Assembly: GCF_009834535.1 (NCBI RefSeq)
Contig: NC_045701.1
Location: forward strand, 76,818,001-76,882,000
From: Camelus ferus
Taxonomy: Eukaryota
Direction of reading: 5' to 3'
Length of the DNA: 64,000 nucleotides
Below the pieces are notes generated by a model. It ran no database searches, was not told the DNA's origin, and saw nothing but the letters and a program-made list of their open reading frames with translations. The position numbers and the translations under genes were made by a program. This document shows, one piece after another, positions 12,821 through 24,630 of this stretch; within the stretch, counting starts at the first letter, position 1, and every line of letters starts with the position of its first letter.

Positions 12821-13015
12821 AATAATAATAATTTTGCTACAACTTTTCTGAGCTCGTTACTTGCGCTATCTCATTTAATTCTCACAAGCTATTAATATAT
12901 ACAAGAAATGAAACTACAGAGAGATTAGGTAATTTGCCTCTAGTCTGCACAGCCATTAAGAGGTAGGGTAGAGCAAATCCAAGCAGTGTGGCTCAGAGCC
13001 TATGTTTACAATTAC
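12821..13015 (-). mobile_element. MIR SINE
   Basis: tatctcatttaattctcacaa, gagagattaggtaatttgcc and ggctcagagcc. Confidence 0.75.
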
Positions 13016-14069
13016 TAGATGTATAACAGACATTAAGTAAATGTCAGGCACAATTACTGAGAGAAAGTAGCATATATATTTAAGTCATGTGTTTAAAATT
13101 TATAGTGGGAAGATTATTTAGTGTAACCTCACAGCCTGAAATACTGCAGTCAACTTAATTTCTTCTTTTTTTTTTTTTTTCTTGCAGGTTATGGCCAAAT
13201 ATACTAGAAAATCCTGGCCTAGGTTCCCCATCCACTGCAACTACTATTAACTATAGAAATAAGTTGATAGTTAAACCTGTGTTAGAATGGATGACTAAAG
13301 CGAGTCTTGTGCCAGTGTTCCTCTGAGCACTGGCCTCAGCATTGGTTCCCAAACTAAATTTGCTTTCCCTAACTACCCGAATCAGTTGTGTGAATGGCAC
13401 CATATTTTCACAATAATAGCACAACTTTGCTCTTGATTTTAATTAGCTAAGCATAAAGTAGCTGGCATGGCAATCAAACAGATGGAAAATTGATACCACA
13501 CTGGCCCAAATGTTAAAGACCATCATGCAGAGAAGATTATTCCTGTTTTCCCCTCTACTCTTGAAAATAAAAATACTTCTTCATGAAATGCTCAGCAGAC
13601 CTCATTGATCTTCTCTGATTTCAAATAGTGCATGAACAATAGCACTGAGGCAAGCCTGCAGTGGTCTATATAACACCTGCTCACAAGCTTGGTAACACAA
13701 CATGCCTATCATCTCAAGTAATTTCAGAGTTGTGTGTTTTCACATAGCTAATGAGCCTTGTAATATTTCTGTAAATAGTGTAATTGAAAAATGGTAAATT
13801 AAAAAAAATTACCATAAGAGGCATCATTGGATGGTGCAGAATAAGTCTATACACAGTATTGCAAGAAGCCTTACTGGATGGAACTCATTAAGTTTGTAAA
13901 TCTACCAAGAACCAGGCTCTGGCCCTCATATTTGTAATGTCAGTAATTTTATATTTTAGCACTGAAGTTTATTGTACAGGGAAGAATTAAACTAATCAAT
14001 ATCACATGGGTAGTATGGTGATTTATTAATGTACAGTGAAAGATCTACAGGAAACTGTAGACTCTAATA

Positions 14070-14399
14070 CAGGGGTCGGCAAATTTTTATATAAAGGCTC
14101 AGCTAGGTAGTAAATGTTTTAGGCTTTGTGATTCCAGTCATCTCTGTTGCAGTTCCTCAACCCTGCTCTTGTAGTAGGGAAGTAAACATAAGCAATACAT
14201 AAAGCAATGATCCAAGCTGAGTTTCTATACAATTTATTTATGGACACTGAAATTTGAATGCTATATAATTTTCACATGGTGTGAAATATAATTCTTCTTT
14301 TGTTTCTATTTTCCAACCATTTAAAAAGGTAAAAATGATTGTTCGCTCATGGACTATATAAAAAAATGAAGTAGGCCTTCCTTAGTCAGCTGACCCCTG
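14070..14399 (+). mobile_element. MER58B (hAT-Charlie), complete
   Basis: TIRs caggggtcggcaaa / cagctgacccctg; 8-bp hAT-type TSD CTCTAATA/CTCTAGTG. Confidence 0.9.
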
Positions 14400-14431
14400 C
14401 TCTAGTGTAAGTCAACCAATTCACCTACTAA

Positions 14432-14500
14432 TGTGGTGACTACAGAATTTGCTGTTTAAATCGGGACACTTTAGAGTGACAAGGTGCTCTAAAATAAAAT
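14432..14500. mobile_element. MER81-like (hAT-Blackjack) fragment
   Basis: ggtgactacagaatttgctgtttaaatcgggacactttagagtga. Confidence 0.5.
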
Positions 14501-14744
14501 CATATGTGCTTTGAAATATGTTATTAATTACTGTTTTACAGTAATTCTGTTTTATTACAGTAATACTGCTTTTGTTACTGTTTATATAGTATTACAAACC
14601 ATTTCATTGTAATGGTACTATGATAGAGCTACACCTTTCTGCAGTACAACATTATTTCCAGAGCAAATGGAAAGGTAACAAAATAAATAACAAATAAACA
14701 AACATTATCTTTCTTTCGATTGGCTGACAAGTAAAATATGATTT

Positions 14745-14920
14745 ATGTTGAGTAAATATTCTTGGTGTGTAGTCCTGATGTCGTAACTCTGAGGTGGAAG
14801 CTACTATTATGTTCAGTTTGTCAGCTAGGAAACCAAGATGCAGAGAGTCTAAATAGCTTTTCACATAGCTAGTAGGTGACATAGCAGGATTTGGACCTAG
14901 CCATCTGACTCCAGGGCTTG
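14745..14920 (-). mobile_element. MIR SINE
   Basis: aggaaaccaagatgcagagagtctaaatagc and gcaggatttggacctagccatctgactccag. Confidence 0.7.
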
Positions 14921-15084
14921 TGTTCAATGACATCAGTATCGTGTTGTTTGTATGTCACCACTGGGACTATTACATTTAGGATCTCATATGTTTATGTCAT
15001 AAGTTTAATGACATCAGCATTGTTTGTCTCTGTGTCACTGCTGGGACAGTTACCTTCAGGCTCTCCTGGCCAGTTACTCATGCC

Positions 15085-15510
15085 TTCCTTCACTCATGCC
15101 TGCTCAGTTGCCTCCTCGAGCTCACTGGGGCTGCTCTTGTCCCAGGTCCTTTCACCACATTGTACCCTCAGCCTGGAGACTCTCCACCGAGATATTTGCA
15201 GGGCTCACTCTCTCATCTTCTTCAGATCTTGCTCAAATCACCCATCTTCTATGAGCACTTTCCTGGTTAGGTTAAAACAGATTCTTCCCCAAAACTACCC
15301 ATTCCTTCTTCCTGCTTTGTTTTTCTCCATAGTATTCACCATCATCTACCATATTACATACATTTTACATACATGTTGTTTATTGTTTGACGACCACCAT
15401 TAGAAGGAAAGCAGAAAATGCTGTCTATTTTGTTGACGGCTGTATCTCTAGCATCTTGAATGATGGGTGGCAAATGGTAATCTGCAATAAATGTTCATTG
15501 AGTGAATAAC
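15085..15510 (+). mobile_element. L2a 3' end
   Basis: cttcagatcttgctcaaatcaccc, tgtatctctagcatc and caataaatgttcattgagtgaataa. Confidence 0.85.
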
Positions 15511-15649
15511 TTCCAGTTACCCCTCCTAAGGGGACAGGATTACTGGTTGTCAAACACTCCTCTCTGTTGGCCACTACTTGAGGAAGCACTGTCAATGTTT
15601 GCCATTATTTTACTTTTGTGGACAACCCAGTCTGATTTTTTTTTTTTTA

Positions 15650-15850
15650 CTGCTGCCATCATTTACCAAGTATCTTATACAGTTGCTAAGCATTTACATG
15701 TTTTCTCAAATAATTCCAACTCCTCTTGTAAAATAATTATTATAATACCCATTTTACAGAAAAAACAAGAATAAAAACAAAAACCTCAGGTGATGAGACT
15801 GTAAAGTAACTTACTTAAAGCCACTTGGCTAGTAGGTGCCAGAATTGATC
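15650..15850 (-). mobile_element. MIR SINE
   Basis: tgctaagcatttacatg, cccattttacaga and gtaacttacttaaagccac. Confidence 0.7.
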
Positions 15851-15924
15851 TATTCAGTCTAGCCACAGTCGAACTTTATAGGCCTAGGAGGTATTTTTAA
15901 ATTTCTAAGTGACTTTACATTGAG

Positions 15925-16330
15925 AGCGTATCAGTTCAATATGTTTTTTCTGCAAATAATGGCAAACTCAACTCCAACTAGTTTAAATAATAAAAGTTAT
16001 TTATTGTTCCATGTAATTAAAAATTATAGGTACCCATTCAGGGTTTATTCCTCAGGTTTATGATGTCTTCAGGAATATAGCTATATTTCTCTGCAGTTCT
16101 CTGGCTCTGTCCTATTCTGCGTCTACTGTATCCCCAGCTGGCTTTTCTTATGGTCAAAAGATTGGCACCACTATATCCCTAGTGTTGTCTCTTCCATCTT
16201 TACAGATTTTTCCCCCTTTACTTCTCCAGTAAATTTCAGGTCTCCCCTCTGATTGAAATGCTTGAGAACCAATAGTCTGACTGACTAAAAAAATCAAGAC
16301 TTACCTATCAAACTGGAAATGAAGTTGTTT
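15925..16330 (-). mobile_element. Old MLT1 (J/K/L-like) LTR
   Basis: tctgcaaataatggcaaactcaactccaactagtttaaataataaaag is a typical antisense MLT1 start. Confidence 0.6.
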
Positions 16331-17554
16331 ATCCATATTATCCAGTGATGGCATGTGGCATACATATTGTGCAGGCAACCACAATATCCAATATGTAATA
16401 TAGTTTGAGTATAGTTTGTTCCCCATATTTTCTATGCTTTATCTGAAAATCTTGCCTGGGAGCCATACGTACAATGACAATATGATAGACAGTGGAAGAG
16501 ACCTTTTTCATAAACACTACTATATTAAGAATTACCTTTAAACTTCAGTAATAGTCAATGAAAGTGGAAGAATGGGGACATACAAGGACATAAAAGAGAA
16601 AACAAGTGAAGAAAGAGGCAAGGGAAGAGGCATACCTAGCTTTTTAGAAGAGAGGTGACAGGAAAGGAGAAGCAAGCCTCAGCAGAAGACATAAAAATAT
16701 TTAAGACAAATCTTGATTTGGTGATAGTTTTATTTAGATGCCTATCTCAGGGTGATTTTATCTGTTACTTGGTGATGAAACACAGCGTAAAATGTTTAAC
16801 ACAAAAGAAACAGGGCATTCTAGTTTTCACCAAAGGAACCAAACTAAAAACTTGTCGCTGCATAATATTAGGAGTGACACCATAACTGAGGTGCCCCCCA
16901 CAACTGGAACGGTATCTGTTGAGCATAACGCTTCAGTTTATTCAGATAAATAATCCATGAAATCTCAGAAACAGAATGTTTTTCAAATGACTTTGGCAGA
17001 ACTGAAAGGTAACTGACAGCCCTAGAGATGGAATCCCTCCATTAGTTGACAGAAAAGTGATCCCGTATATGTTGTTCTAACTACAATATTGTCTCAAGCA
17101 GTTGACGCAGCACTGAGCTTAGTGATTTACATTAAATGACAGAAAATATTTTTTCTTATTCTGGCTGTTTATAATCTAGGAGGACTCTGAAATATACACA
17201 TATATATTCTCATTCACAGCCTGCCAGAATAAGTGAGGAAACTTGAGGGGTGTGTGTGGGTGGGTGAGTGGGTGGATGTGTACAGTGTTTAATTTGGCAA
17301 TTTCAGTGTTTGGTAATTTGAGTTATAATTTTAAAAGTGTGGCAAATTTGCTTAAAAAATCTGATCTCTGATTTTGCTTGAAATAATTAAAAGATCTGAG
17401 AACAGTGGGTCCACCTGCACACATGATAATTGGTAGAAGCTGAACTGTGGCTCTCTCTTTAAATGAGTATCTTTTCTCCCATTTGCCATTTTACACTATG
17501 TATGGAATCCCAGTTTTATTAATTCACTGCCCCCTATGTAGCCATCATGTCCTA

Positions 17555-17989
17555 TTGCAAAGCAAAGATAAGTAGCACCCAGTAATTATTAAAGGCAGCA
17601 CGACAGGTTTTATTCAGACTACTGCAATAGGGGAGAGAGATTCCAGTATAAACTGAGTCCAGCTCCAACTAAGACAAAGGTGCCCGATGTGTTTAAAGGC
17701 AGAACAGAGATGGAAAAATAGGGAGCTTTGGGTAAGTGGGAAAGCTGGAACAAAAAGGAACTAGGGAGACTATGGGGAAATGGAAAATCACAGAAGGGAA
17801 ATGAATGGAAAATCACTGAAAATGGTTAGGCACTGTGAATTGAGATTAGGTATGTCTTATAGTTTGTCAGTATTGTGTTTTCTCTAGCAAAGACTCAGCA
17901 TAGGGTCATCAGTCTCCTTTAGTGGCACAGCCTAGTACAAGTAGAAGCTGGGTTACAATCTGGACAAGTCCCTTAGTTCAGTGTTCTGG
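17555..17989 (-). mobile_element. ERV-type LTR, family not assigned
   Basis: ttttattcagactactgcaataggggagagaga resembles antisense MER-class LTRs. It abuts MLT2B and may continue to about 18527. Confidence 0.5.
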
Positions 17990-18504
17990 CGTGATGGTTA
18001 ATTTTACATGTCAACTTGACTGTGTAAAAGTATNNNNNNNNNNNNNNNNNNNNNNNNNNNNNNNNNNNNNNNNNNNNNNNNNNNNNNNNNNNNNNNNNNN
18101 NNNNNNNNNNNNNNNNNNNNNNNNNNNNNNNNNNNNNNNNNNNNNNNNNNNNNNNNNNNNNNNNNNNNNNNNNNNNNNNNNNNNNNNNNNNNNNNNNNNN
18201 NNNNNNNNNNNNNNNNNCTTGCTTGTGCTGAGACATTCATCTTCTCCCTTCCGTCAGTGACACTCCCTGTCTTCGAGCTTTCCAACTCAGATTAGAATTT
18301 ACATCATACCCTGATTCCTTAGACTCAGATTGGAACTATATACCACTGGCTTTCCTGGGTCTCCAGCTTGCCGATGGCAGACTGTGGGACTTCTTGGCCT
18401 CCATAACTCTGTGTGAGCCCACTCCTAGAATAAATCTCCTCTTCCATATACCTGTATATTTGTATCTTGTTGGTTTTGTTTCTTGGAGAACCCTGACTAA
18501 TACA
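17990..18504 (+). mobile_element. MLT2B solo LTR containing an assembly gap
   Basis: cgtgatggttaattttacatgtcaacttgac and ggagaaccctgactaataca; flanks TCTGG/TCCAG. Confidence 0.9.
18034..18217. other. Assembly gap (184 N)
   Basis: Run of N. Confidence 1.
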
Positions 18505-19028
18505 TCCAGCAAGTCTTTTTTGCCACATGGGTGTTCGCAGTTCACACTTACAACTCAACTCCCGCATTAAAATTGAGACACAAAGCAGTTGAGCAACATG
18601 GAGGCAAGGAGAGGAAGGGAAGTAGGGGAAGGGCAGCCCAGTCTGCAAATCTTCTATATGAAGTGTCCATATCCACTGCGGGGAAAGGGGTGTTAGCAGG
18701 AGGTACTTGAAACCACAGGATAAACATGGCCCATTGCCCTTAATAATTTTACTGAATAAGCTGATCATTCTGAACACATCTGAGATACCTCAGAGTCCAC
18801 ACGTCCCATGGCAGCACAGGATTTATCTGTTCTGCTCATTGTTGTTACTGTAGACTGTACTATCATGTCAGATTCGCATTGTTTCGCCTCCTTCTCCTCC
18901 TTCTCCTCTCTTCCTGTCACTCTGCTTCTTCATTCTTCTTCATCTATTTCTTTTTTTCTTCTTTGACTCTTAAAGTAGATTATATAAAAAGATATTCAGG
19001 AAATTGACAGTAAAGATTTCAGTCTATA

Positions 19029-19224
19029 CAAAATAGATGAACAACAAGGACCTACTGTATAGCACAGGAAATTATATTAAATTTCTTATAAGCTATAATA
19101 GAAAAGACTCTGAGACTTATATATATATATATAAGTCAACTACTTTGCTATACATGGGAAACTAACATTATAAATCAACTAAATTTCAATAAAAACTAAA
19201 ATTAAAAAAATTAAAAATAAATAA
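19029..19224 (+). mobile_element. 5'-truncated cetartiodactyl-type L1 3' end with TSD
   Basis: aacaacaaggacctactgtatagcacagg and ataaatcaactaaatttcaataaaaa plus an A tail; TSD AAAGATTTCAGT at 19012-19023 and 19225-19236. Confidence 0.9.
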
Positions 19225-20559
19225 AAAGATTTCAGTTTGTATTTCTGCACTATTAAGAATATAAATCTTTTCAAGTCCCTATTTTCAGCAAGATTTTATG
19301 GAGACAGAGACAGAGCAAGACAGAGAGAGAGGGAGATTGACTTGAAAAAGAGAGATCCTGGAGTCAAAATAGTTCAAAAGATGATAATTCCTGTGTGTAA
19401 ATTATCCACTTTGAGATTTTCTGCGTGGGCTCAATCTTTTGTTTCACTTTTCTTTTTGAAAAAAGTATTTATGTTCTAATTTTAATGTAGAGAAATTCAA
19501 TAATTAAAAAGAACAGTGCCGAATGTTGTTCACACATGAAAGTCAAGGTGTCAAATAGTCATTTGGGAACATTAAAAAAATTGGGTTCAGGTTAAATCAC
19601 TTTCTAAGGTGTTTGGTGTAGGCTTTATAATTTATTCAGAGTTTTCTGGTCTCCCAAATTTAGCTTGAAAACATGCCGGAAGGGATATAATTTTTCCCCA
19701 TAACTCTCTGCGCCCATTTGGAATGCAGATTGTTTCAGAGTAACATCTTACCTGGTGTGATACCCCTTTCACTTCCGCCTACCGAACTGCAGAGAATAGG
19801 AACCCCTGTCACTAATATTTGCTAACTTTTTCTAATGTTTGCGGATGAAGTGGATTTCAAGTGGACCAGTGCAAAATAGCAGGAGCATAGAGGTGGCTGT
19901 CTGAATTTCCATTTCTTGAGTTTGCTTGTTGATCCTCCAATTTTATTACTTCTCTTCCTTCTTCATGGAGCGGCTGGTTGACTGACAGGCCTGCATCAGA
20001 TGTGCATCTCGTAACGTGCAAGCTGTCACTTCCCTTCTCTAAGCAGAACCTTTGGTTAGGGACGATGAAACAAATCCCTCAGAGGTTTGATTATTTTTTT
20101 TTAATTCAAAACTGGGGGAGTGAAGGGTTCCCATAGTTACAGCTATTGTTATCAATTTTTTTTTTTCTTTAATGCCAGTTTTCCTGTGGTAAAGTGTTTA
20201 TTTCTTGGGATGATAGTCGAGAGGTCAGTATCACAGTCTGTCACTAGGCAGTAAACTTAGCCTATTCTTTATTAAAAAGCAGAAAGAGATTCCTTTCCTA
20301 GCTGTTGAATTGTTTTAAGAAAGCACTGTACATTTTTCAGCTCTTCCTGGTTGGATAACCTCTTTCCTCTCCAGCTACCCAGTGCCTAGCGACCCCAAGC
20401 AAAAGAGACGTTCACTGGTATAAGAGCAGCATTTATTAAGACTATTGCTTTTAATGAGATAGATAAAAAAAGATCATGATTACTTGAAGAGAGAAATTTA
20501 CTTTTACTTCAAACTTAGGAAAAAGGCAATTAGTTACTAATGATAAAGCCTTACTGAGC

Positions 20560-21010
20560 ACCAAACGTCTGTGAATTACCAGGCTAAGGTTGGAAGACCT
20601 GTAAATAAATGTATCTCATCTTCTATCCTCAAGGAGTTAAGAAGTAGAGGAAACAAACATTTAAACACTGACTCTAAAAAACTGTACATGCAATAAAAAG
20701 TGTCTAGACAAACATTAATAGGAATACATATGAGAAGGAATCGAATTCTTTTTTAGGGCTGTGTTGAGAAAAATCTGAGGCAAAAAAAGGTAGTAAATGG
20801 GTTGAGCCTTGAAGTGTATGTAGGAGTTCACTAGACCCACCAGAGACAAAGAGGAAGAAATGAAAGGGAGGAGCTGGTGACCTGTCGGGTTGTTGTCCTC
20901 ATAGCATGGCCCATGGCACAGGCAAGCATAATGTGAAACAGCATGGGTTTGTCACGCCAGGGTACGGACCGAGAAGGGTTGAGACATGAGATTAGAAGGG
21001 CTAATTTTCT
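20560..21010 (-). mobile_element. L2 fragment
   Basis: ttctatcctcaaggagttaagaagtagagg and gagccttgaagtgtatgtaggagtt. Confidence 0.6.
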
Positions 21011-23449
21011 CGGGGGGCGTGTACTAAAGGGCCGGGCAGAGCATAAGCAGATTCTTGATCAACGTATAACCTAGGGAAAGGACAAGAAGGCGCCCCATGC
21101 TGTATAAGGAAAAGACATTTCTCTCTTTTCAGAATAAAAGACCCAGGAGGCTAGATCTGAACAGAGACCTTACTGAAGACAGTAGAGAGAAGCAGCTCAG
21201 AAGGTGGCAAATGCAGTAATTAAGGAGCAACAGCTTCATCTGTCGGGGAGCAGGAGGGGTCAGTCTCAGGCATTAAAGGGGAGGAAGGACATATGCAAAG
21301 CCCACTTGTGGGAAGAGTGTGATGGCTCGGAAGCTTCCGCAGAAGTAGGCCAGTGTCTGGGAACAAGTTACCAGTTCAAAGCGAAAGTGATAAAGACTGC
21401 AATGAGGATGGTGTCAGGGAAAGTGAGGTCACACAGCCGCCCTGAGAAACGCCCTGGTACATCGGGTGTCACTTCCTATTCTCCAGCTCCTCGCCTAAGC
21501 CTCGCTGCCCGCTCTGCGCTGGGAGTGTGAGACCAGGCTGGTCCTCAGACATGGCCTGCAATTATTTGCACCACCCTGTCTGCAGTTCCTTTTTCCAGCG
21601 CAGATTTCCACCAGCTCTTCTGTTTTTGAAGAGCGAAATAGAAGCGACCAGGAGGAACAGCTTGTTCAACCTACGGTTGCTATGAAGGAGATGGTAAACA
21701 TTTCCACGTTCGTTTACTTTGGCTGTGGGGACTCTTCCTCCGTTTCACCTGCTCCTTGCCTGGAGCATCAAGTCAGGAGAGAGCAGATGAGTGTAGCTGC
21801 AAAGCCTCTGATTTGCCACCAGAGGCATTAAACACAGGCCCTTGTTTCATGAAATTCTGCCCCAGAAAAATAGAATCCTTCTTCTGCATGGCCTCAGCTT
21901 TCTCTGCTCCACTCGGATGCAGTTCTAAGGAGGAGAAAACAGCAGGGGGTGAAGGGGAGAGGCAGGCCTGATATTCTGTGCACCGTGGGGGACAATACTG
22001 CTGAATAACTCACTGATAATGCAAACAGGCTCCAACTGGCAGACAATTCCCTTTCATCCAAATGATTTATCTGAAAATTAAAAAGTCAAACTGAAATCAA
22101 AATAGCAGTATTAATTTACAGAACTCAGAGTGTGAATTAGAGGAAAACATTTAATATGTATACCAGGAGAGCATTATGGGAATGGGACTAAAATAGTACG
22201 ATTTTAAACTTTTTTTTAAATCTGTGGGCAACTATCATTTACATTCAGTTCAGCCTGGAAATTAGATTGCAATGATACATAGATGCTATTAAGGTGTAGA
22301 TAGTGGGGCTATATTCTGATCCCCAAGAGCCACTAATTGAATTGTTTCTATGATAATGGATAAATGTTGAATTGCTCTGGGCAGAAACTAAAAAAAAAAT
22401 ATTCCTGTGATCCATTTTATACTCAAGCCATAGGCAAAGCCAACTAACGACATTCAGCATTTATTCAGTCTAAGTCCCCATTCTGAAGGTAACATTTCAA
22501 CCACTTCTCTAAACGATGATAAATATGTGAAGCCAAGATATCCAAAGGATGGAATTATTTTATCAAAGTTAGTTCCTCCACAGAATCACGACCTTAAAGT
22601 TTTCCATCAAAGGTGAGTGGCCAAAGTAGAATTGAATTATGTTACCGAGGCAAGAGAAGGAAAAGAGAAGATAGTGTGTGGAAGATTTGAAGCCATATCT
22701 AATAGGTTTTTTTTTCTTTGCAACACAGTTGGTTTATCTGTTTTCCAGTAATCAGCTAGAAAGGTGTGTGTGAGAGAGAAAGCTCACACACATAGGCTGC
22801 ATGCAGAACATACCATAAAATCATTTAAGATTTTTTTAAATTAAGATAATTAGAGTTTCTATAAAGTCTAGTTGCCCTCCTGGTTTACCATGGAGCTGAG
22901 AATAATAAGTAAATGGTAATGCAAATTTATATGATATGTGTGTAGCAGTGAAGTAAATTTAAATGGGCTCAAGGTTTCATTTGAGTGCCCATATGAAAAT
23001 TCAGTAGCTTTCCTGAAGCCTTTCCCATCTTTTCTGAATACAAAATTGGCTCTAGAATTCTCATGCGAAGCAGGCTCCCAAGTGATATTCTTGGCACTTA
23101 CACATCTAACACCTAATAGAATCCAAAAGTGAGATGGCACATGAAAATGAGAAAGTAAAATAAAACTGGTTCAAATAATGGGCACGTAAATGAAAATTAC
23201 AAAAGTTGAGCCTTATGCTGAAATTGAGGGTTGGGGAAGTACTTGTCTATTTTATAGAAAAGATTATGATTTTTATAACTAAAACCATTCTCCTTTCTTC
23301 TTCTCTTTGTATCTCTCATCATCACAGAAAATCAGCAAATTCTATTGCCCTGAAGGGGTTACATATAGACCCGCCTGTATCACTGATCTTTGTTCATATG
23401 CACAGTGAGGTTTGAGCAGCCTTGAAACAGCCTGTTCTGTCTGCTTCCC

Positions 23450-23710
23450 CCAGTCACCTGCTTCTTCAGTCTGAGCCCTTCTCCTGTACTTTACTCACAT
23501 GTCACTTTCACAGTTCAGCCAATCATCATCCCCATCCATTGGCCAGAAGGCGTGGCCTGCTTCATTTTTCCACAATCATTATCTAGTATGTATTTCTTCA
23601 CTCATAATTTTGTATTTTTTCTTTGATATCTCCCTCCCCAAAGATAATCTCTACAAGGAATGGTATTTAGAATTGTTTCTTGCATGTAGTAGATATTAAA
23701 TAAATACCTT
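23450..23710 (+). mobile_element. L2 3' end
   Basis: tgcatgtagtagatattaaataaatacc with an upstream pyrimidine-rich L2-like body. Confidence 0.55.
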
Positions 23711-24295
23711 GTTACATGAACTACTTTTCTTAGGAAGAACTGACCCCTGGAAGTTTTCGTAGTCTTTGTTAACGATTAGCAAAAATGTCAGCTCTAGCTG
23801 CTAATGAATCTGGGAATTAACTACAGCAACGTAAGTCAGGAGGGAGTGATAAAAAGTTGAATTTTCTAACTTTGTGAAGTCTCTAATTTTAAAGGAAAAA
23901 AAACAAGGCAAAGTGTGTAATTCACTATAATTTAAAATTTGAGGGACCCTACAGAATTCTATTGCATCAGTTACAGGTTAACTATCTTCATTTTGATGGG
24001 AACTATTTTAGAGATAAATTTCAAGGCCTTGCATAAGAAACTGACAGAAATGAAATCATAAGTATTGTTTTTAATATTGAATCTATGACTTTGAAAAAAA
24101 CAGGGAGATTTGGAAAGAAACAGTGTGGATAGTGTCCTCTTCATGAGTTATATCTGTGGACTATGATTTTGATTCACAAGGACAAAGCATTCCTGACCAG
24201 GTAAAAGTGATTACAGCATTTTCAAGTTGTTAATGGCCAGGGAATACTAGCATTAATATGACAAGGCATTGCATATTTTCTCTCTCTTCCTCAAA

Positions 24296-24340
24296 ACACA
24301 CACAGGCACACGCACACGCGCACACACACACACACACACA
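24296..24340. repeat. (CA)n/(CG) microsatellite
   Basis: Direct read. Confidence 0.9.
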
Positions 24341-24499
24341 TCCTTAAATAAGCCCATGGATGAGCAATCAAAATGGTAAAAACATAGATGGGTAAAAACA
24401 TAGATGAATAAAAACTGAAAGATGAAATGTTAAATTAAAAGATTTTTTAAAACATTTTCGTCATTATCTAGATATGATAAGAAGGAGGTTTAATTCCCG

Positions 24500-24630
24500 T
24501 TGTTTCACTCATTCAGTAAATGTAAGTGTCCCCTTTGTCTTCTGCCAGGCGGTATCTTAAATGCTGTAGGTAAAAAATGCACATAACAAACACAGCCTCT
24601 GCCCTTGTGACACTGACATTCCTGTGAGAA
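24500..24630 (-). mobile_element. L2 3' end
   Basis: cactcattcagtaaatg and ctctgcccttgtgacactgacattc. Confidence 0.6.

Noticed and set aside
12290-13330. Strong + strand acceptors near 12315 and 13188
   Set aside because: No matching donor, and the downstream frames give no recognisable peptide. A resemblance of SAMSW to TAFA1 does not extend.
14926-15060. Repeat-spacer-repeat pattern as CRISPR-like
   Set aside because: Only two diverged 55-bp units, in a mammalian genome with no cas genes.
14918-15403. 161-aa ORF
   Set aside because: Lies mostly in an L2a 3' end and has no recognisable protein similarity.
18325-18777. 150-aa minus-strand ORF
   Set aside because: Overlaps the MLT2B LTR and has no recognisable domain.
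21682-21700. MKEMV resembling the MLLT6/MLLT10 N-terminus
   Set aside because: The following residues (NISTF) do not match the PHD finger GGCCVC.
23804-23836. ATG...MNLGINYSN|gtaagt as a third phase-0 first exon
   Set aside because: Weak Kozak context, an out-of-frame upstream ATG and no promoter features; compatible with chance.
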